Shown in pieces: positions 38,480-50,845 of a stretch of DNA of 64,000 bases; the stretch's first letter is position 1; every line of letters begins with the position of its first letter. Location of the stretch: NCBI GenBank assembly GCA_964187785.1, contig OZ076411.1, forward strand, positions 77,190,001 to 77,254,000, written 5' to 3'. The stretch is from Amphiscolops sp. MND2022 (taxonomy: Eukaryota). The translations under genes were made by a program, and so were the position numbers. A model generated the notes under the pieces. That model ran no database searches, had not been told where the DNA came from, and saw nothing but the letters and a program-made list of their open reading frames with translations.

Positions 38480-38958
38480 CATGTTTATTAGTCGGCGCTT
38501 TATATGCTTTTAAGGAAAAATGCCCGACTATACCAGTGACTTTTTTTCTTCAGACTACAATCCTCACACTGATCGATCCACTTTTTAGAAACAATCCTGA
38601 AACCACCTAAGGCCAGGTCCCGCCAAGGCGAAAGGTCCGTAGGGTCCGACCTTTCATTTTTTACTTTTTCAAGGAAACATACAAAACCGGACGTGTCTAA
38701 AGGGTCCCCCCTTCGGATTTTTTTCGGCACTGTGCGACTTTTTTTCCAAACATTTTTTAATGACCCCAAAGGGTCATTTTGCAACAGAATGCATGTTGGA
38801 AATCAAAAAGGGTCCCCTCTTTTACATTTTTCGGCAGTGTGCGACATTTTCCGAAAGAAAAGTTTTTTCGAAAATTTCAAGTTTTTTTTCCAAAAAAAAA
38901 TGTTTTGCGCTTTTTGAGCCTTAGATATAGCGCCGACTTTAGACGTTCCCGTCTTGTT
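38480..38958. repeat. Non-autonomous dispersed-repeat-like element with subterminal inverted repeats and internal subrepeats
   Basis: AGTCGGCGCT (38490-38499) / AGCGCCGACT (38929-38938). Two internal units AGGGTCCCC...TTCGGCA.TGTGCGAC. Confidence 0.45.
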
Positions 38959-39253
38959 TCATTACATAGGGTAAACTGGGATATACTATGTTTCGTTCAA
39001 TTCGGAAACAAAATTGAGTGAATGCTACTTATCCGACTGAAAAAAAAGTGGAAACAACTTTGAAAAGAATTTTGAAGTTTTAACAAAACAGATTTGAAAA
39101 AATTCGTCTCACAGTGTTTCAACTATGTTGTCGGAGGAATTGAAGCTAAAATGACAGTTTCAGATCTGCTAAGTTGACTTAATAAACACGAGTCACCGTG
39201 GCACAGCGACAATTTTCGTATACTGTTACGGACACGCTTCGGAACAAACATTA

Positions 39254-39688
39254 CAGTGCACAGGCAAGCTATTTTGCTGTTTTCGTGGAATCCGGGACAC
39301 GAAAATTGAGAAAAGTCGTGGAATCCAGGACAAAATTTCTCTTTGATGTTAAGCGTGTCTTGGATTCCACGACAGTTGAATTTAATTCAAGAAGAGATGC
39401 CGCGTATCGCGTCAAGCATAAGGTCGTGGAATCCAGGAAATTTATGATTTCTGCAATCTGATTGGTTCATTTCGCAAAACTTACGTTTTTGTGGAATCCG
39501 GGACACCGCTGCATGCCGACAGTTCGTACAGCTAAGCATTTGTTACTGGAATCCACGACTAAATCCGTGGAATCCGGGACAAATGACGTAATTTGCCAAT
39601 TTTGCACGGTTAAAGGTATGGTCGTGGAATCCGAGATATTGAAAGCACTATCTTGCGCTTTGAGCAAATAAGGCTTGCCTGTGCACTC
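39254..39688. mobile_element. Tc1/mariner-type MITE, 435 bp
   Basis: Perfect 15-bp TIR AGTGCACAGGCAAGC (39255-39269) / GCTTGCCTGTGCACT (39673-39687). Left end CAGTG. TA on both flanks. Eight internal GGAATCC-core repeats, one inverted. Confidence 0.75.
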
Positions 39689-41899
39689 TAATGAACGTCT
39701 TTAAATCGGATAAGTTTGATTAAATAGTCGTTTGTTCGAAAAGTAGTACAAACGGTTATAATTTTGATCATTTTGAAAAAAAATATATATTGAAAGTTTG
39801 GCCGCCTTCTTGACAGGACCGAAAATTAGTAAGGGTTTAGACGTCTTTTTCTTACAACGTCGAATAAGGGAAGTCTCATAGTGCTAACAAGGTGGAAGTA
39901 TTTGGAATGGTTTTGTGTTCCATCTCGGAGGCTTTGAATGCGTTCAAAATCAAGTATCAATTACTCATGGTAAAAAAGCACATATTGCACAAAAGGTGGA
40001 CCATTCAAAGTTAGACAGAGAAACTAATCATTGTAATAATCTTTCTTCTCCAAGGGAAAATGCGACGAATAAAAACACAACAAGGCAGCAATTTTATGAA
40101 ACTTCCTTCGACAGAGTCGTATAGTGCTTGAATGAGGCTGCGCAAAAAGCTCCAAAATTGACTGTCGCAGCACGCTCCCGGTCTGGGTTGTAACTCTAAA
40201 ACAATCGGAAGAGACCACGGGTGTTCATCAAAATCAACAAGGTGGTACTATTGAATTCGTAAACTACTTTGGTGAAAATAAACTGTGACTTAATAGAGAA
40301 CAACATCGCAATGTTAGAAGATCTGAAAACGGAAACTGTTATTAAAATGAACAGAATGATACAATTTCACACATTACTGCTGAGACGTTTAAGCTACGTC
40401 TAGTTCAAGTCCATTGTATACCTGAAATCATATTTGAAGTAAGCACTTCGAAAAATCATAGCTAAGTCTGAAATGAAACTCACATCGGAAACTAGAAAAA
40501 AGAAGCATTACGCCTATTCTGAGAAAGGCAGTTTAACTGCGTTTTGAAAGGCATTTAATGCGAAGTAGGACAATAGTACGTCGTTAAGTAAGCAATTAAA
40601 GTTACGCTGGCTAATATAACTATTCATCAATGCCGTCACAATCTCATGCTGGCATTTTTCGTAAGTTCCTCGTTAAGTCATAGTGACGTCAGTGCCTAGT
40701 TCAGTCGAGCCTTGTTCTGAGTTTACGTCCGCTCCACGTCCACTTTAGCGTCTAGCAAGGTCTAACAACAACATTACGTCCAAGTAACGTCCAATATTTG
40801 TAAAAATAAGATTTTTTATACAATATTAAGCTCAATAATTTGTTACTTTTGATAAGGAATCTCTGACAAAATCCGGTTTAAACTTACGTTTAAGCACGCC
40901 AACTGTTAAAAATGCATAAGAGAATCATCGTCTTAGCGTCCTATCTACGCCGTAAAATGATCAAATTGAACGGAAACGTATTAGGAACCGTTTTCATGAG
41001 TATATTTCAGATAGGGGTTCTTAAGAACTAGTATATTAATTTCACAGTTTATTGTTATAATAAGTCACATTGAGTGTGTTTTAATGTCTTGAAGATATTT
41101 GTGTACGTTGGTTTTTCATATTCAAGTTTATATCCAACTCGCACCACTGTTTACTCGGATTGACGTTTGTACGTCGCCATCAGAGTTGTACTAGATTGTT
41201 GAGTATTTTGAAACTAACAGTTGCTATGTCTCGCTATTAGTCAGATATCGTTCATTGTCTGTTGCTGATACAAGTAAAAGTCCGATCCATGTTCAATGAA
41301 GGTCAATGTTGGTGTTGAAATGTTTTTTTTGCAATCCTTATGTTGAGTGTTGTGTTCATAATTGGTGCGCCTAATTAGCGTCATCCTGACGTCCACTTAG
41401 TTCTAATTCATTGTTCAGTTGAAGTTGCGGAATATTTGTGGAAATAAATCAATTCTTAGCCAGCCATACTCTTTAACTCTTTCCCTTTCCTAGCATAAGT
41501 TCAAACCTTTATTTTGGAGATTATTCATCGAACCTTTCAAGTTGAATTTCATAAGCAGACATCAGTTGTTCCCTTCAGCGTCATCTCCTCGTCATTTTTC
41601 AAGCGAACCGAATCAGTAAATGAGGGAATCACCTACTTCCTGCTCAGTAGGAATTGAAAAGACGCCGGAATTGATTGATATGATCATGTGTGATGAACAA
41701 TGTCAGAATAAGGACCTTATGAGATTTTAACAAAACTTCGACGTAAAATTGCTGACTTAGATGAATTTTACCCCGAAAAGACAGGAAATGACTAATTCTT
41801 CGATGAAAATTTAGGCATGATATTGTGAACAAATGATGCTAGGAGGGTAATATAGCCCGAGTTTGTAAAAAATTCCTGCCTTCTTTAACGTGATATCTA

Positions 41900-42372
41900 A
41901 CCCAACTTTATTCGGTTGAAACTATTTTCTCACGAAACTCAATTCAAACTACAAACTGAAAAGTTTACTCCTAAAAATGTCTACAAAAAGTTAAAAGAGA
42001 AGAAATATTCTGCAAGATAGCAGCGAAAATGTAAGTGAAGGTATGGTATCTCCAATTGTAGTCGAAATTGAAGGTCCAGTAGATCAGGAGGTCTTGGTAG
42101 CGGGTCCTTCCCGTGCTTAGTCCCCGAGGATTGAAATAGTTTTTTGGAAAGTCTAAGAGCTTCCTTGAAAGAGGAAACAACCTTCGAAATCAAGAATCTT
42201 CTTGCTGAATCCCAAAGAGAACTTCTTCAACTGCTAAATTCGAAAACAGGAGAATTTATCAATGAGGAGGAGGAAACATCACTCGAAAATGAAATGAGAG
42301 TCTCTTACATCTCTATTAAGTCTGTCAAGAAAACTAGTACTCAAATCAACGACCCATGTACAAGTCGTAACA
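41900..42372 (+). mobile_element. Solo-LTR-like relic with a Gag N-terminal fragment; left boundary uncertain
   Basis: ORF 42144-42467 (ESLRASLKEETTFEIKNLLAESQRELLQLL coiled-coil-like) ends its element-like part at AGTCGTAACA (42372), the same junction style as the LTRs of A and B. Confidence 0.45.
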
Positions 42373-45300
42373 GTGTCGCTAACTGGCTATTAACTACTCT
42401 TTTTATTAGTATAACTGTATTTGGCCAAATATGTTGCGAGAAACATTCTAATACTGGAACTGTTTGATAGAAATTTAATCGTGTAATTGATTCATTTTTA
42501 GTCTGAATTTACCAAAATGTGTACTTGACGTTCAATTGATATCGCCAATTCTAAGGCGTTCTCAAATAAAGTTTCGCATTTAGAGGAAGTAAAAACTTTA
42601 AAAACAAAAGGAGCCTTCTGTTAAAGTTGAGTTGGGAGAAGCACAATGCCGAAAAAATATATGTTTTTATTTTGCAAGCATTGGAAACCAACCAACTTGC
42701 AAAATGGAAACAGCCCATTTGCTCCTGCTTCCAAGCCATGAAATCCTCAACCAGTATACCAGATGGCACTTCCGGCTCTCGACTGGATGGAAAAAAGTCC
42801 CACCCAACATCGCCAAGCTGAATGATAGTTCAAACATGCCCGAGACGTTTTGAAAATCGAAAAACTCTATTTTCGCCTGCAGGAGTACAAGAAGATTAAG
42901 AATGATGGTTGGATATAATGATGAAAAGGGGCGCAGTGTCACTATGATAAATTTCGTTTACTGGGTCGAGAAGGTTTAGGGGTATGAACTGGACTACTTA
43001 ATCCAGCCACCGCAAATGCAAAATGATGAAAATTGAGGAATCCGCCAAATTTTTCTTTCCCTAAACTACCGAATAAAGAACCAGCCCAAGTATGTTTTTT
43101 TTTCTGATCGAAAAAGCCGAGTTATTCTACTGAGGTACTAAAAAAAGACAAACATAGCTGAAGAAAACTAGTCTTCGGAAAACGACTCGGCAAAACATCT
43201 TCGTTTCAGAATGCCGAAAACGAGACTTGATGCAAAAAATGCCTGTAACTTTGGATGTAAAAAATTGTGTTACCTGCGAAAAACAGCACTCATTGTTTGG
43301 GAACAGTTATTTCTTGAGATTTCTTCTCTAAAATGTCAAAATTGTGAGAAAATTGTGAGAAATCGCATTTTGCCTGGTTCAGATCAACTACATGTACTGT
43401 GTATCAAAATGCATTTGAATTGTTACAAACATCGTTGACAGTTTTCAGTGATGAGTTTAAGTTGCCTTTTTTTCCGATTAATGTTTAGAAGGTCAATACA
43501 AACAGGCGGGCGTGTCAAAATTAACTTCGTGGAAGCGATTCGTGGAAATTACTCGACTACGAACTGTTTCGAGAGTGAATTTGCAGTCGACTATTTCCTC
43601 TTTTCTTAAGTACTCGTTTCAGCTGCTACGGAAAATCTCAACAGCAAATAAAAATTCAAGTATCTCGTGAATTTTACACATACATTTTGCTGCTGTTTTA
43701 TTTTTCACTCAGCAGTATCCCATAAAACTGTACGTATCTTGAAGCAACAAAGAATTTTCATGCATCATCTGAAAACATCACATAATATCAGTATCATGAA
43801 TTCTGGAGCCTGTTTAGTGTGGAGGTGTTCTCATTAAAATTCTTACATTTGAAAATATCTGAGTTTTGCAATTTGGTCGCGTAAGTTAATTTTGTTGCTT
43901 TGTCAAAAAAGTGGAATAATTGGGAAGTAAGCATCACAAAATGAGAGAGGCGAATTTTAAAAAAAAAAAACGTACTTCCAGTTGATTTATCTGGGCAAAT
44001 TTGATATTTTGTCGGTGTTTTTTGCAGACAAAAGCGAAACTAAAGCATGAATGGAAGTTTTTACGTCATAAATTGTTTGTCTCTTTTTTCACCCACGGCA
44101 GTTTCCTTGAAGTCATAAAAAAGTCCGCTGGGGTTATTTGGAATCTATGTGAGAAATTACAAAACCGGTTTGGACCAAAGCCCTTTTTTGGGTTTTCGAA
44201 CTTTTTCGGGAATTATTGTCCACTGAGGTTTGGGTGAGAAATTCAAATTTTCAGCTGAGAAGTTTTTCGAGGTTGAATGGTCTCTTGGGGACTTCAAGGG
44301 CCTTGGGATTTTCCATAGTAACAACGGATTCTGAACATATTCGAAATAACACCCGTTTTGCGCTTCAAGTGGGCACCTACTTGGTCCTTTCACGGTTTGA
44401 AAAATACTTCGAAAGTTTTTATTACAGTTGGGTTTGAAGATTAGCTTCGAGCCCCTCCTTATCAGGCCATACATGAACTGAGTCAGATGGAGTTCGGATA
44501 AATTTTGTTCATTTTTGTCTGTATCCGTTTCACCAGGGAATTGGTTTCACTATAGTTCACTTAGGAAACATAAAACTTTTGATTCTGTGGGTGAATCGAA
44601 GCCATTTATCTCTAGCATGAATTTCGGACAGGATACTGCGATTGAAAAGTACAAAACATTCTCCCTATGTTTAGGAACCAAAAAAGGTTTCGGCCCCGTG
44701 GCTTATTGATTTGATCCAAAGACGTTTGGATATTATTTGGAGGAGAGCTTAGTATGTGCTTCAATTGTTTTTGTGAAACGATCAATTCGAACAAGGAAAA
44801 GTTCTTGATATCATCGTTGCAAAAAATCATCCATAGTTTCCGCTATCAAATTATTCAAACCTGCCTACCACTAAACGTTCGTATACGGGCCCCAGACTCT
44901 CCGCTCGTTTTTATCAAATCTGATGTAATTGTATCTTTTAACGCAGATTTAATTGTATCTGGTTCTACAAACTTTGTCCAAGCAGTATGGGAAAAAAGTC
45001 AGATTTTTTTCAGGTAATAAAGTCTCGGTCAACTTTTCTATTCATTATTTCCAACCTGCTACTGTTTACTTAGAGTTTGATTGATCAAATCAAATTCTTA
45101 CTGTTCAAGCTATTCTTGATCTTAAATTTCAAATAACGCCTCTTTCTATATCAAACCCTCCTGTTTTTGTATTTCAAACTACCAGTTCAAAATTTAATTT
45201 TTTAAAAATACAAACTCAAAAATTCTCGTACCTACCAGAGTCATTTGAAAGTGGACAATTCGATATCCAACATACGTAATCAACTTTGAAACCCCCCCCT

Positions 45301-45622
45301 AGCCTACGAAATTGTGCCTCTCAATCAGGTCAACTAATTTGTATCCTTCAACGAGACTGATTAAATATTTTATGGTACCTCGATCGTGAAAACTTTGGCC
45401 GATAAAAACTCAACAAACGCCGACGTCGCCACCTGCGCAATCGTAAGCTGGCTTTATTGTGAGATGCTTTCCCTGTCCTTTGTGTCTGAGGTTCACTTCT
45501 TATGTATGAGGAAGCACGGAACGCCAATTAAAATGATTCCGACACGGTGAAAGCGGAGATTAAAACATGGCTCAAAGAGCTGACTTTTAACAATGATAGC
45601 TTTTTGAGCATAGCACGCCAAA

Positions 45623-45741
45623 ACAATGATTCTCTCGACGAGGAACCCGCTGCTGGGAAAGCTTCCAGAAACCTCGATCATCATGATCGAGGTTTCTGGA
45701 AGCTTTCCCAGCAGCGGGTTCCTCGTCGAGAGAATCATTGT
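45623..45741. repeat. Perfect 119-bp palindrome (59-bp arms, 1-nt spacer)
   Basis: Arms compared base by base; centre at 45682. Confidence 0.95.
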
Positions 45742-47568
45742 ATTGAATGATTCGTCACAACAACCTGAGACGACTAGGTCAGAAGCTCAAACAATTGTCT
45801 CCATAAGTAGCCACGAACCAGTCTAGAACATCATGTTAACTGCGACGGGAGAAGATAGAGAGCAAATACGAAGCTTGTGTCCAAGAAGCGAAGAATCTTA
45901 GTGCTTTCAGAGTTGCAGGAGAGCAATAGGGATATCTAAACTGCAGGATTTTGTCTAATTTTGCCTTCCTTACACCAGTGCCACCTCTCACGAGCAGTTC
46001 ATAGTTTGCTTTTGATGCGCTTCTCAACAGATGCTACTGAACTCCTTTAGGGTAGGGAGCTGCACATCAGGGCGTGTTGCTCAAACCCATCCGAACTGTG
46101 AACAAGAAAGTATCGAAAAAAAACAGCTTGTCTTTCTTTTAAACAGTGGTTTTTCCGCTGAAAGAAGTTTTATCGAGAACAACTTTTAACTTTGCCGCAA
46201 ACTGAAATTTTTTCCGTGGAAAACCACCTTGTATTTACCTTGTCTGGTTGATAACCAATCACATGTTAAGCACATAACTTAGACACCTCACAGAAAAATT
46301 TTATAATCCTGTGAACTCGTCGTATTTTTTGAAAGACCTAAAATTGCAGCTCGATTAGCAGTCTTCGTTGAAGAAGTTCCGCTCCTTTTATTCGTTGTCT
46401 GGAAAGATGAAGAAAGGTATCACATGTAAAACAACAAAATACACTCGGTAATTTACAATGCGCTTCTACATTTTGTAATACAGAATGGAAATGAATGCCA
46501 ATGAATTCTGACGTCAAAGTGTGCTGCGCCCTTATTGTGGCCTTCTACTGATGAAAACCATTTGATTATAGATACCGCATTGTTCACTCTTGGTGAATTC
46601 GAAAGTAGCCGCCCTCTTGCTTTTAATACAATTTGGCTAGCATCCACAGTTTAGATTTTTTACTTTTTTGGTGGAAATTATGTGTTCATTTCAAAAATCC
46701 CGTGATACTTTTAAAAATCCTAGCAACCTTCGTCTAAAAGTGTTTTAAAGTTTCCTCAGCAAAGTAAGGGTTGAAAAGTCATTTTCCAATAATTGCACAG
46801 CATTGCAAATGCGCACAAAGCTGGAATGTCGGCGCCATGTGTAAAACTGAAATCATCCAAGTATGCACCGTGGGTATTTCAAGTTTATGATTGACAGTGA
46901 GAATCAAAGCGACGTGAACAAAATCAAAGCAGTGCCTCTGGTCCCATTCAGTTTAGTGTTATAAAGTTAACATTAATTTAGGGGGCCCGTTGACAACTCT
47001 GGAGCCAATTTAGATCTCAGGATAAAGGTCTGTTCAAAAACTGGATCCTTCAGCGTGGGGTATTGACCAACTTGAATTCAATTGATCATTTGATCATCTG
47101 TACGGTGCAATGGAACTTACAATAATCACAACCTGAAGTCTGGAACTTATCGCTTCCTCATTAGTTACTGAAAAATATCGTCGTATAGTCTGAGTTGTGC
47201 AAATAGAAACAGGAGAGAAATTTCACATTGAACTGACTGCTACATTTTTCTCATTGCCTAAAATCAATATAGTCAGGATACACCGAGTGATCTGTCGTAC
47301 CGTTTGGGTCGCGGGCAATTTGAAATTATTACGTATCAGATTGTTCAACGTTCATGAAAAGGCATGGGGTCACTCACGCATTCTAATGGTGAATCCATGG
47401 TGATTGAAAGTTTTCGTTTTTCTGATGAAATCATTTTCCTTCACTAAACTAATTCATAGTTTTTATTTTTATCTTTTTTCTCTTCGTTTTTACATAGTTG
47501 GAGAACGTAGATCACAACTACTTAGTGTTTCAGATGATCATTTCCGAAGGTTCGAGTTGTGCCTTAAA

Positions 47569-48076
47569 ATGGGCACTTTTCCAACAACTCCGACGAGGAG
47601 CACAGTAACGACTACAAGTTTTACAACAATTACACCACCACCAGTGACGAAAAGATGGGCATTCTCTGACATTGAAATAACTATATCCCCTGATCCTAGA
47701 CCTGCTTTCAATGATGACTCATTTGTAGCCATCATGAAATCAAGGTTGGGCATAACGAGTTACTTGAGTATTCAGAGTTCAATCATGAACAGTTTGCTTC
47801 TCTCTTTTTTACTCTACAACAAAGAATTTCGATCGTGGCTGTTCTTTCCTCTGATGTTACAAGCTGCAATCGACATCATTGGGCCTGGAATAAGTAATTT
47901 GTTATTCGAGTGGAAACTGTATTTACAAGTGCTGTCAATGACAGAACATTATAACGAATTCATGGAAGAGAATCAACGATTTGTGGTTCGACGAGTGGAA
48001 GATTTGAACGCGCTTTCTGATGTAACGGGCTGTTTTTTGATGTACGTGAGATGTCTGCTAAACGAATATACCACAG
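47569..48076 (+). CDS. Rhodopsin-like (class A) GPCR, first coding exon (Thr-rich N-terminus, TM1, TM2, start of TM3)
   Basis: MGTFPTTPTRSTVTTT... followed by hydrophobic TM1 (SIMNSLLLSFLL), TM2 (LFFPLMLQAAIDIIGPG) and GCFLMYVRCLLNEYTTG. Confidence 0.75.
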
Positions 48077-48444
48077 GCAGGGATTCGCGAAAATCACAGA
48101 CCAACATAATCTTGTTTTATGTTTAGAATCATGTCAAAATCGAGGCTAAAAATTTAAAAAAAAGTATCATTTCATAACAAAAAAGTTTTCATTCGAGAGG
48201 TCTTCATTTTTCAAGATACGTCCTCTCATTTGACCTTAAGCGTGTAGCGGGTGGTGACATTTGCTCACCCATACATCTTTCGAAATGAATACTTTCGATC
48301 AATAACGACATATGAATATGCGTGGAACAATTAAAACATCTTCATTTTGAAAAAATGTGGAGACTTTCTCTACAAAGCTCAGTTTCAATCACCCAATAAT
48401 TTTTACCACTTCACGCCGTGATTTTCAACAACGTCTCGGTACAG

Positions 48445-48646
48445 GATATTGCCTTCTCGTGACAGCCTTCTATCGCTATCTTCTGGTATGTCACCCGAAT
48501 TCTAATCTCGGGCCCAAAATTTACAAACCAATGGCAGCTGTTTTGGTTCTGACTCCCATCGTATCCATGGTGGTTAGCTCACTGGATACATACATTTACA
48601 CACCGCAGTTGGTGGTTTACGGCATCTATTACAACGACTACGAAGA
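48445..48646 (+). CDS. Same GPCR, next exon (end of TM3, TM4)
   Basis: GYCLLVTAFYRYLLVCHP is the DRY-xx-VCHP-equivalent motif. Acceptor TACAG at 48444 and donor GTAAGT at 48647. Phase is compatible with the previous exon. Confidence 0.8.
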
Positions 48647-48935
48647 GTAAGTCCAACCACATTAGAACGTTACGGTAGGTCATTGGTCACTTCAAAGGGG
48701 GTGACATGAAAAACAGAGGAAAAGCTAACTAAAAAATGGTCTACAGTTCATAATGCGCCGACTACATATAGAAGGTCAATTTGAGGTCTCAAAAAGATAC
48801 AATATTTTACTTGGGTTGTTATAATTTGCATGGGTTTGTTTATCCGATAGTTCATCCATAGAGTCTCAGATGATCAATGATATACAGAATTCAAATTAGT
48901 TGGTACTTTAAAATATACTACTAAAAGAGCTGCAG

Positions 48936-50098
48936 TGTTAGGTCTTATAACAAACAACCAGAGGGCAAGAGATTACAATATCCATGTTTTTGGGTGAAAT
49001 TGGAAATGGTAAGTATAGAGATGTTTACATCTGATTTGTTAATACAGCAGAGAAAGAGTACATACGTCTAGACTAGATTACTTTGTAGAGGTGAATATTA
49101 AAGTCGTATCATCCGATATGGTTTTGAATATAAAATACATGAGCAAACATTGGTTAGTGCGTTCGAAGTTAGGGCAAATTAGGTTTAAGAAAGTCCTTCT
49201 CAGAGGAGGATTTTTTGGATTGGTTTTAAAATGGGGAGTTAGGTTTATAGTATGCTTCAAGAAGTTAGTACAAACAGTATGAGTTTGAATTTGTATTACT
49301 ACAAAATGTGTAAAGGAGTTTGGGCTACTTTACTTTGTAGTGATCCTTTTCTAGGTTGTTCAACCTCTGTACTATTTCTTGAAGTTCAATCATGAATTGT
49401 AATTTTCTTCTGGAATTGTTTTCTTTTGGAGGTATTTTCTGAAATTCGTTTGAAATATTCTATAAATATATATTTTGTTGGGTTCTTGAGTGACTCGTCA
49501 CAGTGAGACATTGACAACTGAATCTGAGGTTCATTTGAAAAGTGTTTCAAGCATAAACTTTTCAAAGAAAAAAAGTGTTCTACTAGAACACACACTTTTT
49601 TTGAAAAGTTTATGCTTGAAACACTTTTCAAACGACTATTCTTCAATTTGTTGAAAAATAAATAGAACCTGAAACAGACCTTTGAATCTTTTGACTTCCT
49701 AACACTTTGTTCACTACCCGCTAATGTTGGTTCATAACTTTATAATCAGAAGAATAAGTTGAATCTCGTATTCCAGAAGCCTTCTCAAGAGAGAAAGTCT
49801 TCCTAGAACTTGTGGAAGTAAAAAGATAAGCTAGCTACTCAGGACGGTTATGCTTAGAACTCAGAAACTTCTTATGTACTATCTAAAAGAACTTAAAGCA
49901 AACATCATACAAACTCTAAGCAGTACAATACCGCATTAAAAATGTACTGAATTATAATCCTAATTCACACTATTATTTTCCCTTAGAACTGACACACACT
50001 CAGTGTATGTTTTTTGTGCTTAGTACAACATTCCTTCTTATATTACACAATATCTACTTCAATACATCATTGCTTGTCTTTCTTTTTATAGGACAAGA
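48936..50098 (-). repeat. Probable 3' LTR of element D
   Basis: Follows PPT AAAGGAGGAGAGGA (50112-50099, minus strand). Candidate end ...CCTAACA at 48936. Cannot be confirmed because the 5' LTR is outside the window. Confidence 0.4.
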
Positions 50099-50226
50099 TC
50101 CTCTCCTCCTTTAGTAAAGGAGGAGAGGATCTTATATTATAAAAAGAAAGACAAGCAATGATGTATTGAAGTAGATATTGTGTAATATAAGAAGGAATTT
50201 TGTACTAAGCACAAAAAACATACACT
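50002..50226. repeat. 225-bp palindrome (112-bp arms, 4 mismatches, 1-nt spacer) centred next to the PPT of element D
   Basis: Centre G at 50114 in CCTTTA-G-TAAAGG; arms compared base by base. Confidence 0.93.
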
Positions 50227-50845
50227 AAACAATTTGATTTCTAAAAGAAATTTATAAGATTACAAGATTACACGATTACAAGGTTATAGCACTATATAAT
50301 AAGGGTTGATACACAATTAGCACTGGGCTATATATGGGCATATATGATTACAAGAATATACCGATACAATATTATGGAGTAATCGAAGTTTGAAGTGAAA
50401 ATTTGAAGTCCAAAGTTTGATTTACTGTGGAGTTTGAAAGTCGAATGAGTTGAGACTTCTGTCGAAGAGGTGATGAAGTCGAAAAGCAGCGACGAAAGTG
50501 ACGAAGATGCTGAAGACATCTGATGGTGCCAAAGAAGGGCACTGTTGAGATGAGGTTGCGAAGAGGAGTCCAGCAGAGGTCAAGATAATGGCAAAGACAA
50601 GTGAAGTTTTCGTCAGCAAATGACAAAGAGATTGAAGCAAAGAACAGTGGAGATGGAGACATAAGAGGTCAGTAAAGTGGGTGTTGATGAGGATGATGTG
50701 TTTGATGAATGTGCAGATCATATTTTTCGAGTTTTTGATGAAGCCAAAAGCGAGCATTATGGCGTTAAATGCCTGGCGTGCTTCTTCAAAAGCAGCTTGA
50801 AAATAATGGTCCTTTTCCGTGAATTAGGAACCATTAAGAAAATTA

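Noticed and set aside
39280-39640. CRISPR-like array of short repeats
   Set aside because: Repeats are short, degenerate, irregularly spaced and partly inverted. They are bounded by TIRs, in a eukaryotic context with no cas genes.
40540-41000. Cluster of ACGTC(C) motifs
   Set aside because: No defined unit length, termini or second copy visible; may be part of an old repeat but not supportable.
41347-42376. GTGT 4-bp TSD defining a 1022-bp solo LTR (41351-42372)
   Set aside because: A 4-mer plus TG is expected by chance about once per 4 kb, and there is no second copy in the window to confirm the start.
45493-45826. Two ORFs on opposite strands with near-identical N-termini (MILSTRNPLLGK...)
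   Set aside because: A direct consequence of the DNA palindrome, not a gene pair.
47404-47568. N-terminal extension of ORF 47404-48126 as part of the GPCR
   Set aside because: T-rich, intron-like sequence with an acceptor-like TTTACATAG near 47498; the ATG at 47569 is the more plausible start.
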